DNA from: Vitrella brassicaformis CCMP3155
Lineage: Eukaryota > Protista > Chromerida
DNA: 64,000 nt
Assembly (NCBI GenBank): GCA_001179505.1
Contig: CDMY01000285.1
Coordinates: 1-64,000 of the forward strand
Direction: 5' to 3'
The position numbers were made by a program, and so were the translations under genes. The notes under the pieces are model-generated. The model searched no databases. It saw only the letters and a list, made by a program, of their open reading frames with translations, and was not told the DNA's origin. Below, one piece after another: positions 1-10,342 of the stretch; within the stretch, counting starts at the first letter, position 1, and every line of letters starts with the position of its first letter.

Positions 1-596
1 GCCTTTCTCATTCATGCAGCTTCCTTGCAGCAGACGTCCATCCAGGCGGCCTGCTCCTGAAACCACAACCAACACGCATGCAGGTACCACCCACCCAAAC
101 ACACAACACACCCAGACACAGACACCGACCCCCCTCCCCCCTCACTCACTCGCAAAAAACACACGCAACACAGCCCTCACCGAAACCCCTTTGGCCCCTA
201 CCCAGGCCCTGTGCTACTCTACTTACTCCCTTGGCCAGATCCCGCGGTCATATGCACGCCCACGAGGGGTAGCCGAAGTCGACTTTCACCTGTATATCCT
301 CCTGCGAAAGGTGGCGGTGACTGACGAAGGTTGGATAGGTCGATTGGGTTCGCCTATGGGTGGGTTCCGAGGAGGAGGGAGGATTGAAGGCAAGCGGGTG
401 AGAGGCCTTTATCAGACGTCTTCGTACTTCTCTGTCTGTCTGTCTGCCTGTCTGTCTGTCTGTCTGTCTGTCTGTCGTAGGCGTTTGGCTGGGACTGCAT
501 GGAGGGCGTACTCTCACTCTTGCTCGGCAGGAGCTGCGTATTCTTTCTCGGCAGCAGGAGAGCCGCAGCTCTTTGATTGACCAGGAAAACCGAAGC

Positions 597-616
597 TCTT
601 TGGCTGCAGCCAAAGA
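597..616. other. Perfect 20-bp palindrome TCTTTGGCTG|CAGCCAAAGA
   Basis: Read directly: 597-606 is the exact reverse complement of 607-616. Confidence 0.95.
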
Positions 617-977
617 CGACGAAGGCGGGCTGCAGCGGGCTGCAGCGGCAGCTCTGTCTTTCTTCTCTGTAGCTGCTTCTTTGCCATTGCCTACCTGTCT
701 GCCGGACTGTCTTTCTATGTCTGCACTGTCTTCGGCCGTTTTAGGCCTGAGGGATTCGATTGAATAGCTTCTTGCTGTAGCTGGCGGCTGATGCATGGAC
801 GACCGCTGGTGCCTTGTTGACTTGTGTATCTTTGCTCTTTTGCCAGCCGAGGCGCATGGATGGATGACAGGATACATGGGAAGTCGTGGAATCAACTTGC
901 AGCGACTCCAAATGTACGATGAATCTGTCCAATGGAGAACCCATGGCGGCGAGCGTCACTCTCACCCCTCTGGCACT

Positions 978-1153
978 CGCACAGAAACCATGATTTCTGT
1001 GCGCCGGCATTCGTCGATTTAATGGCCGCACAGAAACCGCCCGAAATGTGCGTCGGTAAATACAGATTTTCCGGGGCACAGAAATGGGGCCAAATGTGCG
1101 GGGATTTTTTTTTTTGGCGCACAGAATTCGCACAGAAGGCGGGCGAAATGTGC
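978..1153. repeat. GCACAGAA repeat cluster: one hairpin and three 24-bp GCACAGAA-N8-AAATGTGC units
   Basis: Stem CGCACAGAAA (978-987) / TTTCTGTGCG (994-1003) with a 6-nt loop. Units at 1028-1051, 1076-1099 and 1130-1153 have identical 8-bp arms and variable 8-bp cores (ACCGCCCG, ATGGGGCC, GGCGGGCG). One extra GCACAGAA at 1119. The patch is AT-richer than its flanks. Confidence 0.9.
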
Positions 1154-1279
1154 AAGAAAAATTCATTTTTTGTCTGATGGTCATTTTCGAAGATTTCATT
1201 GCAAATAGGTACATGGAGTGTCCAGAGGGCACATACACACCGAGAATGCGTCCAATCGTGCATCTTGGGACGCATCCGA

Positions 1280-1930
1280 TGCATGCAGCATCTGCAAACA
1301 CGATGCATCTGCATACCATACACGCACATGCAATGCATGCAGATGCATCGGTCCACCACCATCCCACCCATCCATCCAACACGAGCATCCACCACGAAAA
1401 GCCTTCAGCCCTCCCCCCCTTGCATCGCTGACACATGCATGCATCATCACCCCGCCCTCCCCCGCCCTCCCCTTGGCTCTCCGTGCCTCCTCCTTCATGT
1501 CTCATGCGCTTCTTGGTCTCAGGGGCTGCAGCCCTCGGCTGCCCATCCTCCTGTCTGCACCTCCTGCGGTCGGAATCCCTCCTGCGGTCCCTCCTGCAGC
1601 GCTGAAGTGAGACCTCATGGCCAAGAGTGGGCTGCAGATGATGGGAATGGTCTGTGCCGGATGCGAAAAGGACGTGGGCTGATGAAGGGAGGCGGGGGGA
1701 AGGCATCAATGGGGTCTGCGGACTCCGTGCGGGATGCCTTTTGTAGCCGAGGTGCCGCCCGGCTGCCCTTCTTGAAAGATTCGGCCGTAGGGTAGGGGCG
1801 TGGAAGGGGATGTGCAGCATCAGCGATGGGCAGTTCGAGAGAAAAAGCGCTGAAAACCGCCAGGAAGGGCTGGGGGCGGCAAACGAGACGAGTGTTGTCT
1901 CATTTGTCTCGCGCTGCATGCATTGCATGC
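1280..1930. promoter_or_regulatory. Cluster of TGCATGCA palindromes (ApiAP2-type motif)
   Basis: TGCATGCA at 1280, 1334, 1436 and 1915, TGCATGC at 1924, and further ATGCAT sites. A regulatory role is inferred from apicomplexan ApiAP2 binding preferences. Confidence 0.35.
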
Positions 1931-1961
1931 TGAGCCTGCACGACAGCGAATGGCCGGACAA

Positions 1962-2068
1962 ATGATTCTGTGGAAGACAACAGCGAGAACGAAGACGGTG
2001 AGTGAGTGAGTGTCACCAGCCAGTCAGGGCAGGCAGGCAGGCAGGCAGCGAGAGGGCAGCAACAGGCA
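1962..2068 (+). repeat. Inverted duplicate of 3773-3867 (exon end, 5' splice site and intron start of the neighbouring gene)
   Basis: ATGATTCTGTGGAAGACAACAGCGAGAACGAAGACG|GTGAGT...GCAGCAACAGGCA matches the reverse complement of 3773-3867. The differences are one extra GAGT unit, 8 extra nt of GGCA microsatellite and one substitution. Confidence 0.93.
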
Positions 2069-2834
2069 AGCACCAGGCAGGCGCAAAGGAGGGAAAACAG
2101 GGCCCAGGTTCTTGTGGCATTTTCTGGTTGCTCAGCGTGTCTGTGTCAGGTCTGTGTGTCTGCGTGTCTGACATGTTTGTGCGGACACCGATTTCACAGG
2201 CATGCGCATGGGTCCACAAACAGACAGACAGACACACACACACGATGAGTGAATGAATCATCAGACACGATGATGCGCGCAGTGGCCGATCATGTCACTG
2301 CCTGCTCACTTCCTTACACGTACACGTACGCACGTTCATCGGCCGACTGACTATCTGCTCCAAGGCTCCAAGGTCTCTACCTCTTTCTCCATCCACATCT
2401 TCACACTCGCTTGCTCGCGATGGTTGGATGTATGGGTGCTGTCTTCACCCACAGAAAGTCGCGCACACACACACAGACAGACAGACAGACAGACAGGGCG
2501 GCGAGCGGCTTTTCGTTGACAACTAGGAGCCGCTCGCCGCCCCGACCAGCAGATCACAACACAACACTTTGTGTCGTTGACATGACACGTAGCCGCAGAA
2601 ACACTCACACCACTTCACCTCCTCAATACAGTTCGTCGCCAAAAAAGAGGCGGCATATCGCTACACGACTGACTCATCCATCCTCATATACATCCGCACA
2701 CACATAGGAAGAAAATGACCGACCATTCACCGACGCACCAGTCAAAAATGGCCCATTTCGGGAAATTGCGACGTCTGCCCAACAGACAGGCAGCTGCCCC
2801 CGTCGCACCAACCAACGCCCGCACACCGATCGGC

Positions 2835-5037
2835 CTACGAATGGCCAGCTGCCGTCTTGACGCGCTTTGCGGCCGAAACCTGAAGCGACCCACAGACAAA
2901 CAAGGTAAGTGATGACGGACACGTCCATGTGTGTCAGGCCTGCCTGCTCGATACATCCTCACCTGCGCCTGGTCGATGCACCCACTGAGTCGCTTCCTCA
3001 TCATCGGAGGGGAGTCCTTCTTCTTCTCACTCTCGTCCTCGTCGCTATCGTCCTCATCGCTGTCACTCTCCACAGGCTTTTTTGGGCTCGCCAGCCAGCC
3101 TCGAGGATATGGGCGACGCCGCACAACCGGCCGGGGCGGCACAGCCGGCTCAGGTGGCTCGACCTCTGCCGCCTCGGGCGGCTCGACCGGCGCGGGCGGC
3201 ACAACCCTGACACACACACACACACACTCACACAGAGAGAGAGAGAGAGAGGGTTCCACACGGCAAGAAAGACAGTCCACATGTGTCATGCATTCCTTGT
3301 GTGGCTTACGGCGCGGCGGCAGATGCAGACGAAGAGGATGCGCTGCTGGCCGCCTGGGTGGCGGTGGTGGATACCGCCGCTGAACGGCGAGCCAACGGCG
3401 GAGACGCCACTGACAGGCCGAACGGCCCCACAATCAACCCTGTGGTGACAGGAACAGTAGGCACCATGACTGTTGGTTCGTGTGTGTGTGTGTGTGTGTG
3501 TGTGTGGAGTTACCTCTGTCAAATGGAGACAAGAACCGCTCGGGTAGGGGGTCGTTGGGGTCCTCCTCCTCCCCATTGGGTCCCACCAGCATGCACCCCT
3601 GCTGTCGGGCGAACGCTCGTGTGTCCTCCTCGACCTTGCGGGCCACTGGGTCATCCACCATCAGCCCATACGGGAAACCATCCCTCCAACCGAACTCTGA
3701 ACCGCACACACCACACACACCACATCCACACCCACACAGCGGACGTGCGCTGCTTTCCCTCTTCCTCCTGCATGCCTGTTGCTGCCCTCTCGCTCCCTGC
3801 CTGCCCTGACTGGCTGGTGACACTCACTCACCGTCTTCGTTCTCGCTGTTGTCTTCCACAGAATCATAGTCCGACCCGTCCCTGCCACTGTCCTGCACAC
3901 AAAGCCGAACGAACACCACACCATTCATTATGGCTGCATACGTGTGTGTATCCATATCGGGCACTCCCTCCCCTGCCCACGACATGGCACTCACATCTTC
4001 GTCGCGCATGACCTGCCGCAGAGTGAACGGCTGGTTCAGCCGACGCAGGAAGCGGTCTGAAGCACACCATCCACACGTACCAACCACACACATCCATCCA
4101 TCCATCCATCCATGCCCACTCACCCACCGCCCATGCATCCCCCTCCCTCCCTCCTTACTGAATTCTCGTGTGGTCATGTCTTTGCCGCTCTCGTCCGAAT
4201 CATAGTCCGAATCGTTTCTGGGGCTCTTCTCGTCGTCCAGCTCCTCGTCAGTGGAGGAGGGGATCCATGAGTCGGGCGGCAGGCAGTAGGGGTTCCTGTG
4301 GCCCTCGGTGGGGAACTCCTCGCGACCACGACGCGGAGGAGCTGCAGTGAGAGACAAAAGACACCAGATTGCAAAGGCACGTGTGTCTGTCTGTGTCGTG
4401 TGTGTCTGTGCCTGTGTGTCTGTGCCTGTGTGTGTGTGAGGCCCATCGTGGCTTACTCCTCTCCATTTCCTCTTCCTCCCGCCGCTCCTTTTCTTCCCTC
4501 TCCTCCTCCACCTCCCAGGGGAACTTGTAGCGGCCCTGCTCGAAGTCCCACTGGGATGTCATGTCATCCTCATCAAACCACTCATCAAGATTATCCTCTC
4601 CATCGCCACCTTGGTCCTCATCGTCTGCAACACAGCCCCCTGAAGACAGACAGGCAGGCAGGCAGGCAGGCAGAGAGACAACCGGCACAGCACAGCACAT
4701 GAGGGTCGAGACACCCGCCCGCCCAAGGTCATCTCTCTGTTTGCGTGGTCTGCCCACCGTCATCGGCCATCAGATCTTGGTCGTCGTCCCCCTCCTCTGA
4801 CGACTCTGCCGGTGAGGATGGCTCACTGACAGACGCACCACCTGCCAGTTCCACGCAGCCACACGTGTGCGTTGCCTTCGCGTCCCATGCGCTATCTGAG
4901 CACGTACGTTCGTCTTGATCCTCCTCTTTCTCGTCCTCCTCCTCCTCTGCCTCTTCCTCGGATCCGGAACTGTCGGGCTCTGAACTGGAGTCGTCCGACT
5001 GCTGCTGGCCGTCCGTCTGCTGCAGCAGCCTCGCCAT
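2835..5037 (-). CDS. Multi-exon acidic, low-complexity hypothetical protein (about 9 exons)
   Basis: ATG at 5037 (MARLLQQTDGQQQSDDSSSEPD). D/E-rich exons are separated by microsatellite introns, and the 3' junctions are phase-consistent (FDR-G|LIVGP, AAP|VVPPAP, IDQAQ|VSAAKRVKTAAGHS*). TAG at 2835-2837. Basic RKRL/KRVK patches near the C-terminus may be an NLS. No family recognised. Confidence 0.7.
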
Positions 5038-5301
5038 GGGAGCCACGACTGCGTCTCGAACGAATCTCACTGGCCCTGGGAGAGCGGTTTCACGGCCCTC
5101 CAGCCCTATTATGCGAGCTAAAGCTGCCGAACTGCCGAACTGAAGTCGGCAGCTTTCGGAGCTCTCGTTCTGCCGCTTTCGGAGCTTTCGTTGAATCGTT
5201 CAGGCTGCGAGAGGCGGCCGTGCTACCACAAGGCTCTGAAGCCGCGACTCTCACCGACGAGTCCCAACTATCGGCTGCCCGGCTGTTAGGGCCGCAGCAG
5301 G
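5038..5301. promoter_or_regulatory. 264-bp bidirectional promoter region with an 11-bp inverted repeat
   Basis: Lies between divergent ATGs at 5037 (-) and 5302 (+). AAAGCTGCCGA (5120-5130) pairs with TCGGCAGCTTT (5146-5156). GCTTTCGGAGCT occurs twice. Confidence 0.6.
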
Positions 5302-7035
5302 ATGGCAGGCGTCACGAGCGAACCAGGCCAGGCAGCGGCACAACCCCCCGAGGCTCCCCTCTCTCCCTCTCCCTCTCCCCCCCTCCCCGATGAGACGAGC
5401 TTCTCTTCCATAGTGTCGGACCCTGCAAGCGCCGACAGTGAGTCGTCTTCTTCGCAGCACCCGGCTCAAGTGCTCGCCCACAATGCCAGCATGTCCACTG
5501 TCACATCAGCATCCACAGCGGCCGCGGGGCAGCCGTCGGGTGGTGCTCATGTGGCCGTCAAGGTGGAGGCCGACGAGGGGGGTCAGTGTACCCGCACCAC
5601 CTGCTTTGGCACCAAGATGGCCACGGGCGGCATGTACGACGTGCCCACCTACCAGCGGGTGCCGTACGTCACATCCGGCTACAGAATCAACGTCCGCACC
5701 ACGCGAGAGTGTCTGATGTCAATCTTCGCCATCCACAACGAGACCCTTAACATCTGGACGCACCTCATCGGCTTCTTTGTGTTCGTGGCGATGGCCGTGT
5801 GGTGGCTGCTGGACATTTTCTACCTCGACCACGGCAACCACCACTCGTCGCGGATCGCGTCGGTGACCGAGGCGCTGCTGGAAGAGGGCAAAGAGGGCGG
5901 CGAGGAGAGGGACACCACCACGGTGCAGAGGATAGAGGGCACGGTGCGGCTCGACGTGGCCTTCCTCCTCCTCCTGCTCTTCGGAGGGGCCTTCTGCATG
6001 CTCGCCTCAGCCATGTATCACGCATTCAGCTGCAAACACGAGCCAGGGTGAGTGACTCAAGGGAGGGCTGCCACACACGCACTGATGGCTCATCCATCTC
6101 CCTTTCGTTCGTATGCAATTGACTCACTCATTGCAGGTTCGGCCGTTGTCTGCGTCTGGATCTCTCCGGCATCGCCGTGCAGATTGCAGTCTCCATTTTC
6201 GCGGGTCAGTCAGTCACAGTGAGGGCACCGACCGCACCAGTCAGACTGCAAGCAACACCCGCGCATTTACGGAAACCAGCGGACGGTTTCTCTCTCGTCC
6301 GATGCATCTCATCTACAGGTGCGTATTTCGGTTACGCGTGTTTCCCGAGTCTGCAGAAGATCTACCTCATCTTGACGGCGGTCCTGGGCGTGACGATGGT
6401 GTGTCTGCCGCACCTGAGGTTCTTCCAGGGGCCAGCGGGGTTCAAGATCCGGTTTGGCGTGCTGCTGGGATGCGGGCTGAGCGGCCTGGTGCCGGCGCTG
6501 CATTTCGTGGGTATCGCCAAGGGCGAGGAGAGGGAGCTCCTGATGTATATCATTTACATGGTCAGTCAGTGGGGCAGACAGACAGACAGACAGATAGACA
6601 GACAGACAGACATGAGAGTGTCTGTATTGTGTCTGTCGACCCACGCACTTGATGGCTGGATGAGGATGAGTCAATCGCATGGATTTCTGTGTGGTGTGTG
6701 TATCTTGGCATGCACGGCTCCTTCCTTCGTCCACACACAGGGCGTCCTCTACCTCGGCGGTATGTGTGCCGGAGAGACAGGGGCGGAGAGAGAGAGAGTC
6801 GGCCGTAATCACATTATCTCTGTGGGTCTCTCTCTTTGTTGTGCGTGTGTGTTATTTGACTGATTGGATTGATCAGGTGCTGCGCTGTACACGTTGCGGG
6901 TGCCTGAGAGGTGGTTTGCGCCGGGCAAGTTCGACATCCTCGGACACAGCCACCAGGTGCGTGCGGTGCCTACCAACTTCACACAAGACAAGACAAGACG
7001 CAACAACACCACACACAAACACTCTTTGTCCACTC

Positions 7036-7085
<50 letters not shown>

Positions 7086-7184
7086 CAGTGGTGGCATATG
7101 TGTGTGTTTGCCGCAGCCTTCTGCTGGGTCAAGGGGATCACACAATTGTATTACTTGCGGCTCAAGGGCTGCGACCAGCTCTGA
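5302..7184 (+). CDS. PAQR / adiponectin-receptor (hemolysin III) family 7-TM protein
   Basis: Motifs YVTSGYR, SIFAIHNETLNIWTHLIG, SAMYH, RLDLSGI (spliced exon 2), RVPERWFAPGKFDILGHSHQ|WWH. About 6 exons. TGA at 7182-7184. Confidence 0.95.
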
Positions 7185-7341
7185 CAAAATGACAGCTGGC
7201 TGGCTGGCTTCCTGGCTGGCCGCCTAGTGACACTGGATTTGTATCACTCCATTTCTCTCCCTCTCCCTCTCCCTTTGACCGTATCACGTCTGTCTGTGTG
7301 GGTGTGATGTGTGGGTGTGTGTACGCGCGTGGAATCGACCG

Positions 7342-9400
7342 TCAAATACGCCCTCCTTGTGGAGTGCCGTGCCCTAAGGGGCGAGGGGCATGGTGCCACA
7401 CAAGAGCGGGAGGGTCTCTTACGATCTCTTCCATGAGCTGACTAGTCAGTGAAGGCGTGCACTGCATGTCTGTCTGTGCATGGGTCTGTCTGGTCTGCAT
7501 GGTATACATGGTCGATTTTTGACACACATGAGTGAGTGAGTGAGGGAGGGAGGGAGGGAGGGAGGGATGGGCCTCCACCCCACCCGAGCTGGCCATCGCG
7601 CGGCGACCGGTTCCTTCCTGCCGCCCTCCCTTGTCTGTCTGGTTCCGATTGATTGATTATTTCAATCAAGTGTATGGCGTCCTTTTTTGTGCGTCCCTTT
7701 TTGGATGGCCGGTGAGCCAGTAGGGCTTGCCCGGCCGGCACTGCAGTGCAGTGGGGGACACACCCTCCTCTCTCTCTTCCTCCCTCCCTCATGCAGTGCG
7801 CTGCGAGCGATGGGCCCGGCCGCGTGGGGTGGCGTGTGGGGGGGGGGGGGGGGGGGNNNNNNNNNNNNNNNNNNNNNNNNNNNNNNNNNNNNNNNNNNNN
7901 NNNNNNNNNNNNNNNNNNNNNNNNNNNNNNNNNNNNNNNNNNNNNNNNNNNNNNNNNNNNNNNNNNNNNNNNNNNNNNNNNNNNNNNNNNNNNNNNNNNN
8001 NNNNNNNNNNNNNNNNNNNNNNNNNNNNNNNNNNNNNNNNNNNNNNNNNNNNNNNNNNNNNNNNNNNNNNNNNNNNNNNNNNNNNNNNNNNNNNNNNNNN
8101 NNNNNNNNNNNNNNNNNNNNNNNNNNNNNNNNNNNNNNNNNNNNNNNNNNNNNNNNGGGGGGGGGGGGGGGGGGGGGCGATGCGGGGTGTGTGTTGTGGT
8201 GTGGTGTAGATTTGCATATGGACGGACAGACAGATGGATGTTGGTGTACCTGCATGGCTTGCGTGTGGGCGGGCAGGTGGGCAGGCAGGCAGTCTGTGTG
8301 TGTGTTGCCGAAGGAGCACCCTTGAGCACATTTTTTGTCCCAGGGTGATGGACCAAGGACACACAGACATACCGGCCAACAGAGAGACGGACCAAGTAAT
8401 TTTGCGCTGCGACGACCTGTAGACATACGAGTGTGTGGTCGTGTGTGTGTCTTGTGTAAGGTGCGTCTGAGTCGTGGGCTCGTTGGTGCCTAAGAGGAGG
8501 CACGACGACTGAGTGCGGAGAGCAGATGCGTTCGTTCATTCCATGACGATGAATTCGACCCGACTCCAACCAAGCCACACGCACGAGTACCTAAGTAAGT
8601 GTACGACGAGTGAGACGGGAGGGGAGGGGAGTGAGTCGAGGGGCGAAGCTCTATGAGCGTGTGAACCGAGGGATGGATGAATTTGATGTGTACTGGCTGG
8701 CACCACAACAGGCCGGCTGGCTGAATGAATGGCTGGCTGGCTGGCTGATGGCGGCTGTCGGCTGTTGATTGATATCGATTGATTGATGATGCCCCACCCG
8801 TTCCATTGCCCCTCTGCATGTCGTGTTTGCCTTGCCCCCCGTGTTCGTGTGAGTTCGTGTGGCTACCTATACGTATCTGTCTACCTATCTACCTGGCTTA
8901 TATCGCTTATACTATACCCATCCATTTCTCCGACGTACACCTGACTGACTGACTGACTGACTGGCGCAGGAAGCGATTTCTTTGTTTGCTGCATCAAGGA
9001 CGGAAGGATGAATGAATGTGCCTATCTCCCGGTCGACGACTATTTATCAGCAGGAGGACCACTGGTACGTGTGTGTGTGTGTGTGTGATGTGTGTCCAAA
9101 TGGCTTTGTAGTCATCTTTGCAGCCGACCAACGAAGGAGGAGGGAGGGACAAATAAGACCGCAAGCACACACACATCAGTCAGTCAGTCCATCCATCCAT
9201 CCATCATCAAGCCAGCCATCGTCTGTCATGCAATTGAGCGAGTCAGCACCGAGCCAGTAGGTAGTGTATAACACACCAACACCACCCCACACCACACCAC
9301 GCCCCAGGCAGCGAGCGCACCAGACGGTTTCTGTGCGCAGGCGGCACCACAACGGGCGGCAATCCAATCAGAATCATGATGATGATAATAACAGTATTGA
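7342..9400 (-). CDS. Probable exons of an unresolved minus-strand gene, interrupted by a gap
   Basis: Non-repetitive blocks between microsatellite introns with AG acceptors, e.g. VLVRVAWLESGRIHRHG, VVAAQNYLVRLSVGRYVCVSLVHHPG, QLMEEIVRDPPALVWHH. Frames are not resolved and no family is recognised. It could be the 3' part of the 10.3-15.3 kb gene. Confidence 0.3.
7857..8156. other. Assembly gap (300 N) inside a poly-G tract
   Basis: About 19 G on the left and 22 G on the right. Confidence 0.98.
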
Positions 9401-9439
9401 TTGCATTGTATGCATTGTAGCAGCCCCCCCCCCCCCCCC

Positions 9440-9739
9440 NNNNNNNNNNNNNNNNNNNNNNNNNNNNNNNNNNNNNNNNNNNNNNNNNNNNNNNNNNNNN
9501 NNNNNNNNNNNNNNNNNNNNNNNNNNNNNNNNNNNNNNNNNNNNNNNNNNNNNNNNNNNNNNNNNNNNNNNNNNNNNNNNNNNNNNNNNNNNNNNNNNNN
9601 NNNNNNNNNNNNNNNNNNNNNNNNNNNNNNNNNNNNNNNNNNNNNNNNNNNNNNNNNNNNNNNNNNNNNNNNNNNNNNNNNNNNNNNNNNNNNNNNNNNN
9701 NNNNNNNNNNNNNNNNNNNNNNNNNNNNNNNNNNNNNNN
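9440..9739. other. Assembly gap (300 N) after a poly-C tract
   Basis: 16 C on the left; GCCCACCTGGC follows the gap. Confidence 0.98.
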
Positions 9740-10342
9740 GCCCACCTGGCTACCCATCCGGCTACCCAACCACACACACACCCTTCCCTCCCCCTCCCTG
9801 TCCGTGTCCCCACCCAGACAGACAGACGTCTGTCGGTCTGTCTGCAGAGGAAGGAAGCATGCAAGCAAACCAAACTCCCAGAGAGACAAGTGAGGTAGTG
9901 AGTAGTTAGAATGAATGCCATCAATCAATCGCAGCAGCACCGACCGATCTCACAAAAAGGCTGGCAGCAGCGGACGGACGGACGACGCAAACGCAACGCA
10001 ACGCAAGGCAACACAACACAATGCAAGGCCAGGCAAGAAGCGGTAGGGTAGGTAGAATAGCCAGGAGGACGACAGGAGAGAGAGGAGAGGGGAGGGAAAC
10101 GACCAAGCATCCGACTCACTCACTGACTGACACGCTCCCTCCCTCCCTCCCAGGCAGGCAGGTAGTCAGTCTGTTAACTTCCTGAGGCTCTCCCTCCTTC
10201 TTTACACGCACGCACAGATGCGCAGACAGACCCATTCATTGATGCAATCACTGACTGCATATATGTCACCCCACCCTTCGACCTCCCCTCCCCTCCCCGC
10301 ACCCAACCCACCCCCACCCCCTCCCGCTCCACAGCCACTCAA

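Noticed and set aside
14-895. ORFs 14-580 (+) and 248-895 (-) as genes
   Set aside because: They include translated microsatellites ([17 protein letters not shown]), no recognisable domain is present, and no consistent splice model could be built.
1028-1153. CRISPR array interpretation of the 24-bp units
   Set aside because: The context is eukaryotic, the variable part is an internal 8-mer rather than 25-45 bp spacers between identical repeats, and no cas genes are present.
741-1961. 406-aa minus-strand ORF as a transposase or real gene
   Set aside because: It crosses the dyad array and TGCA repeats, shows no DDE, HUH or RT motifs, and its composition changes abruptly. It is more likely chance openness or decayed fragments.
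7442-9940. ORFs running through N blocks (poly-X proteins), also at 40197-40926
   Set aside because: Artefacts of translating assembly gaps and adjacent homopolymers.
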